Source: a virus. From it: DNA of 64,000 nucleotides. How positions within the stretch are numbered: position 1 is the stretch's first letter; the number at the start of each line of letters is the position of its first letter. The translations under genes and the position numbers were made by a program. Location of the stretch: positions 20,948-84,947 of the IMG/VR virus record IMGVR_UViG_3300025770_000012; one strand, 5' to 3'. Positions 60,505 through 64,000 of this stretch are shown here, piece after piece. Under the pieces are notes generated by a model. That model made no database searches, was not told where the DNA came from, and saw nothing but the letters and a program-made list of their open reading frames with translations.

Positions 60505-60755
60505 TCCTTTTTAATATCTAACAGTTCTAAGCACTTCTCGTATTCCTCTATGTCCGTGAAATACTCTATTACAATATCTAGAACATCTTCTGTCCGCCCA
60601 TCTTCCTCAAAAGGATCGAAAGGCAGAGGATACGCATCTATAGTTTTATCCTCTAGATCATAATAAATATCATCTAGAGTCTTTCTTCTAGTGATTAGAT
60701 CATATGCATTGTGCATAGACGCACTGTATAGTTCTAAATCATCTAGAAAATCCAT
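60483..60755 (-). CDS. small acidic hypothetical protein (UVR-like helical C-terminus)
   Basis: 90 aa overlapping the terL start; IEYFTDIEEYEKCLEL. Confidence 0.65.
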   Translation of the reverse strand: MDFLDDLELYSASMHNAYDLITRRKTLDDIYYDLEDKTIDAYPLPFDPFEEDGRTEDVLDIVIEYFTDIEEYEKCLELLDIKKECRDSKT

Positions 60756-60932
60756 AGTATTAATTTTTTACACCCAAGTTTAAAACCACTAATTTAAACT
60801 TTTTTAAGGAAAGATCACAATAAAATTCAAAAATAGTTAATTTACTAACTCGAAAAATAATCTCTACCTTATCTGCCTGTTTCTTATGGGGGGCACCCTT
60901 TATCCATTTAATCATAATTATTTAATTTTAAT

Positions 60933-61454
60933 TTATATACTGTATTTGTTAACTTCAATGCCACCTCTATTAGAATTGGCGGCCTGCTCTTCTTTCTTTA
61001 CTATCTCTTCCAATCGTGTTAGCCCGTCTACAACCTTCCCCATCTTTTCTAGATTACCTATAAGGTCTTTGGCTGTATATATAGGTTTACCACGGTCGTC
61101 TAATGTAGTAAGATCTATGGTCCTGAAGTATTTTTCCAATTTAGTTACAGACTCTTTAGCTGCTTTCAATAGCCGCACCGCGGAAGTCTCTACTAGCTTG
61201 TCATATCGATCACAGGCAGCTAATACTTTAGGGGAGGGAGTAAATTTACTTCCTTCGCCAAAGATACTATCTTTTACCTCAACTAATCGCTGCTCCCAAT
61301 CATATATTGAAAATGGAGATCGGTGATCACACATAAAGTAAACAAATGATAGCTCTGTACCTTTCAGGCCCTTAAATTCCCGAACAGTCATAGCATACGC
61401 GCTTGGAATAGCTTTATTATCCTTTATAAATATTAAATCATCCTTTAGTCTCAT
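60933..61454 (-). CDS. conserved hypothetical protein upstream of terminase (candidate small terminase)
   Basis: 173 aa, helical; TerS role inferred from position only. Confidence 0.6.
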   Translation of the reverse strand: MRLKDDLIFIKDNKAIPSAYAMTVREFKGLKGTELSFVYFMCDHRSPFSIYDWEQRLVEVKDSIFGEGSKFTPSPKVLAACDRYDKLVETSAVRLLKAAKESVTKLEKYFRTIDLTTLDDRGKPIYTAKDLIGNLEKMGKVVDGLTRLEEIVKKEEQAANSNRGGIEVNKYSI

Positions 61455-61665
61455 CTTTCTTTTTTCTGTTATTCATATGCTCCAACCTCTTTGGGTTTAC
61501 ATGGAACTTACCGAAATATGGTAATCGTATTCCAGCAAACTTCCCCTCCTTCATTTTTTTAGATACAAATTTGAATTGGTAGTTAGCTATCTCCTCTATT
61601 TTGTGTAGTGGGAGATCATACTTAGTGGCTAAGGCACTTATGATGGCTTTCTTATCCTTGAGCAT
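61438..61665 (-). CDS. HU/IHF-like DNA-binding protein (short)
   Basis: KKAIISALATKYDL...IEEI...GIRLPYFGKFHV matches the HU core. Confidence 0.75.
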   Translation of the reverse strand: MLKDKKAIISALATKYDLPLHKIEEIANYQFKFVSKKMKEGKFAGIRLPYFGKFHVNPKRLEHMNNRKKKDETKG

Positions 61666-61915
61666 CCCATTTCTTTACTGGACAGTCCGAGGTTTTCCAC
61701 TTTGCCTTATGCTCCACTTTACATCCACACTTACCACACGTCATCTTGCGTTTCTTTAAGTCAGGGCACCCATTACAGGTTAACAACCTGTCCGAATACT
61801 CTTTAGGGGATACATTAGGTGCTCCCTGAGCTAAATACTTAGCGGCCTCTTTACCAAAGGTTTTAATCATGGTAAGTATGCCTGGGGGCTTCTCATACAG
61901 ATCGTCATTATTCAT
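61652..61915 (-). CDS. small zinc-finger protein (DUF6171-like)
   Basis: RLLTCNGCP...CGKCGC...KAKW...CPVKKW. Confidence 0.7.
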   Translation of the reverse strand: MNNDDLYEKPPGILTMIKTFGKEAAKYLAQGAPNVSPKEYSDRLLTCNGCPDLKKRKMTCGKCGCKVEHKAKWKTSDCPVKKWDAQG

Positions 61916-62054
61916 ATTTATATATTTTAACCACTATCATGTCACCTTCGAATGTTTGAAATACTTCTATCTCATACGGTGGCACATCATATTCGATTCT
62001 AAGGATTTCATACTTGGTTCCCGGAATTACTTCGGTTGATATGTAGTTCCACAT
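61908..62054 (-). CDS. 48-aa hypothetical protein missed by the ORF track
   Basis: Hand translation MWNYISTEVIPGTKYEILRIEYDVPPYEIEVFQTFEGDMIVVKIYKYE*; fills the gap and overlaps both neighbours. Confidence 0.55.
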   Translation of the reverse strand: MWNYISTEVIPGTKYEILRIEYDVPPYEIEVFQTFEGDMIVVKIYKYE

Positions 62055-62349
62055 GGGTAACTTTAGGATTTAAAAAGGCATTCATTGTATATGATACCCC
62101 ACTCTTTTTAATTGCACCCTTATCTTTAAATCTCTTAACGTAGTTGTTAAGTGTATTGTAATCTGCTATCCCTACAATCTTAGCTACCCGTTTCTTATTA
62201 GGTACGCTGCACAAGTTAGGGCCTTTAGCCTTTAAATCCATAAACGCGGCTAATATTTCCATTTCTTTATTAGTTAAATGAAATAATCCGTTCCACAATT
62301 GTAGATACTTGTAGGTTGTATCTATTTTAATCGTTAGTTTTTTCTTCAT
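62008..62349 (-). CDS. winged-helix DNA-binding protein (RepL/MarR-like)
   Basis: LTNKEMEILA...VAKIVGI...TLNNYVKRFKDKGAIKK...YTMN. Confidence 0.7.
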   Translation of the reverse strand: MKKKLTIKIDTTYKYLQLWNGLFHLTNKEMEILAAFMDLKAKGPNLCSVPNKKRVAKIVGIADYNTLNNYVKRFKDKGAIKKSGVSYTMNAFLNPKVTHVELHINRSNSGNQV

Positions 62350-62578
62350 TGGTATCTGATGTTCGAGTAAGTAGGTTATACATACCTGGGTCTATAGCAT
62401 TTATCTCAAGTAGATACTCTTTCTCAAGGCGCTTCGCTTCTTCTTTAGTCCCAACATCAAAGGGGGTATTAGTCCCCAGGTTGGAATAGATTGTAGCGCA
62501 TTTACGCAATATCTTGTCTATCATATCCTTAGCTATTTTATCTGACTCATAGCTTCCCTTGTAGCTCGTCTCACTCAT
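62327..62578 (-). CDS. hypothetical protein
   Basis: 83-aa ORF overlapping its neighbours. Confidence 0.65.
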   Translation of the reverse strand: MSETSYKGSYESDKIAKDMIDKILRKCATIYSNLGTNTPFDVGTKEEAKRLEKEYLLEINAIDPGMYNLLTRTSDTNEEKTND

Positions 62579-62813
62579 TATTAAATTTTATTTTAGCCCT
62601 GCCGTTCTCTATTGAGATGCTGCAGGTTGTTGATTGTCTATTAAACTCCTCTACGTACTCAGTCATCCCTTCCCGCCCACATATAAACGTAAGGAAAACC
62701 TGCAACTCTTTAGCAATCTGCTTGAGTCGTAGTTCCTTTTCTTTAGCTTCGTCTGTGGATTTGAGTAGTTTATGGTAATCCTCCAATGCTATTGTAGCAC
62801 TGCCTTTTACCAT
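62571..62813 (-). CDS. hypothetical protein
   Basis: 80-aa ORF overlapping its neighbours. Confidence 0.65.
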   Translation of the reverse strand: MVKGSATIALEDYHKLLKSTDEAKEKELRLKQIAKELQVFLTFICGREGMTEYVEEFNRQSTTCSISIENGRAKIKFNNE

Positions 62814-63079
62814 TTCCCTAAAATTTGGTGCTCACCTACGACAAGGAAGTCTTCCCCGTCAATCTCTGCGCGCACTGCTTCTGTCCTGGGATCTATCATG
62901 ACTGTATCCCCAACCTCTATAAATTGACAGTGCGGCCCTTTAGCTAATACCGCAAGTATGTTTGTAGCACTCTGCTTAGCTAGTTCCTCATCTATGTAGA
63001 TACCTGCTTTTGTTTTGGTGACTACTGGGTTAGGTAATACTACCCATGCGCCGTTAGGCTTAAATTTTAAATCGCTCAT
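62807..63079 (-). CDS. groES: co-chaperonin GroES-like protein
   Basis: FKPNGAWVVL, mobile loop KTKAGIYI, VLAKGP...VGDTV...DGEDFLVVGEHQILG. Confidence 0.85.
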   Translation of the reverse strand: MSDLKFKPNGAWVVLPNPVVTKTKAGIYIDEELAKQSATNILAVLAKGPHCQFIEVGDTVMIDPRTEAVRAEIDGEDFLVVGEHQILGKW

Positions 63080-63099
63080 TACTTTATATATTAGTTTGG

Positions 63100-63124
63100 T
63101 ACAAATATATAAAATAATTCCTTA
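63100..63124 (-). promoter_or_regulatory. Bacteroidota-type -7 promoter element upstream of groES
   Basis: Minus-strand TATATTTG at 63102-63109 in the intergenic gap, with flanks similar to the portal promoter. Confidence 0.65.
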
Positions 63125-63151
63125 TAAACCTATTCTTCTATTACTAGCGTT

Positions 63152-63748
63152 TTATTTTATATCTTTTGATTCAATCAGAGTATAGGTAAAACTATTTCTC
63201 CATATCATACACGATTTTCTCATAATCTTCATAAACTTAGTCCAGTCATCGTTAGCCGCTATGACTTGACACCCTGCTGACCACTTGTTTATCTGTGTAG
63301 ATTTTCTACCCGCGTATTTAGTTGCTCTATGTATGTTAATACCAAATAACCCAGTGTCAGTTTCTACTAAATCGTAATTACCGTCTTTGTTATTGTCACG
63401 ATACACCGTTACTGGCTTTTGTTGCCCAAGTGCTTCGTACCTATTCTGATGTTTCCTGATTTTATGAGAACCTCTGTATTGACCAGGTTTTAATATAGCA
63501 ACTCCTTTGTCATTAAGTACGTTCTTTACCCAATGAGTTCCTGGATCCGTAGTACAAGCAAATTCATGGTATTCCCATTGTCCATTTACTTTGTAAGATA
63601 CAGTCATCAAGTCATCAAATTTATTTGTTACCTTATTAGCGGTCTCAGAGTTTCTAATACCTATTATATTAACATTCCAATCTGATTCTTCAAAAAACTT
63701 ATGGCCCTTAGACTCTACAGCTTCTTTAATCTGTTCTTTTGAATACAT
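63152..63748 (-). CDS. putative peptidoglycan-active enzyme, L,D-transpeptidase (YkuD)-like fold; candidate endolysin
   Basis: TTDPG...LKPGQY...GINIHRA...WSAGCQV gives the H-x(n)-S-x-G-C catalytic signature; no signal peptide. Confidence 0.65.
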   Translation of the reverse strand: MYSKEQIKEAVESKGHKFFEESDWNVNIIGIRNSETANKVTNKFDDLMTVSYKVNGQWEYHEFACTTDPGTHWVKNVLNDKGVAILKPGQYRGSHKIRKHQNRYEALGQQKPVTVYRDNNKDGNYDLVETDTGLFGINIHRATKYAGRKSTQINKWSAGCQVIAANDDWTKFMKIMRKSCMIWRNSFTYTLIESKDIK

Positions 63749-63759
63749 TGCTTTACCGA

Positions 63760-64000
63760 TTAAACATAATTTCTCCCTTAGGGTTTTAATTACGAACCAG
63801 CTTTTTGCAGTTGACAGTGCTTCTCTTTTCGAGTTACCCAGGGGTGATAAGATCGATGTTAATTCATCACACTTACCTATGTGTAGTCCACCCCAATCAA
63901 CGCTTATAGCTGATCCTTTTGAAGCTATGGGAGAAAATTTCCTACTTACTTATAGTGTCTCACGACAGTTTTGTAAGCGTTAACCGGACTAATCCAATTG
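63760..64000 (-). ncRNA. candidate structured RNA (unclassified; may continue beyond the window)
   Basis: 14-bp stem 63893-63906 / 63974-63987 with G-U pairs on the minus strand, enclosing a UGUC-GUGA-GACA tetraloop hairpin and a UAGCU/AGCUA stem. Confidence 0.4.

Noticed and set aside
2663-61326. Numerous 60-155 aa plus-strand ORFs (e.g. 17440-17838, 34265-34702, 53444-53911, 60886-61326)
   Set aside because: They lie antisense to long motif-bearing genes and have the Ser/Phe/Leu-rich composition of shadow frames.
2398-63748. Stop-codon reassignment (TAG or TGA), known in some Crassvirales
   Set aside because: Genes up to 13.9 kb are uninterrupted in the standard code, and TAG ends genes at sensible positions (48130, 50180, 58519).
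63880-63995. Group I intron core (GACUA / UAGUC P7) or rRNA fragment (GTCGTGAGACA)
   Set aside because: The two P7-like elements occur in the wrong order on both strands, and the rRNA-like match is only a short GNRA hairpin.
1-64000. CRISPR array or tRNA genes
   Set aside because: No regularly spaced direct repeats or cloverleaf with a T-loop consensus found in the short intergenic gaps by eye.

Overview
Phage DNA, most consistent with a crAss-like phage (Crassvirales, podovirus-type) infecting Bacteroidota. No database search was run; all calls come from motifs and gene order. The first ~2.3 kb (+ strand) is the end of a replication/nucleotide-metabolism block: a 5'-3' exonuclease and a DUF1599/Nmad1-like gene. 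It converges on a bidirectional terminator with a ~61 kb minus-strand block. In transcription order that block holds: a putative L,D-transpeptidase-like lysin, GroES, small regulatory genes, large terminase, portal, a 784-aa modular protein, putative scaffold, major capsid protein, ring/tail proteins, three paralogous fibre genes, a four-gene envelope cassette, IHF-like and tail tubular/stabilisation proteins, ejected cargo proteins, a 4636-aa zincin + DxDxD RNA polymerase polyprotein and a 1633-aa PD-(D/E)xK nuclease-bearing cargo protein. Best novelty candidates: (1) a short basic/aromatic-x-x-[G/A]G peptide tag repeated at termini and module boundaries of five putative cargo proteins, with a toxin-like (possible ADP-ribosyltransferase) cassette bracketed by identical tags; (2) a beta-barrel / membrane protein / redox-dead thioredoxin / holin cassette; (3) a structured non-coding region at the right edge; (4) an extended Bacteroidota-type late promoter motif. 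The standard genetic code fits; no tRNA, CRISPR array, intron or reverse transcriptase was seen.
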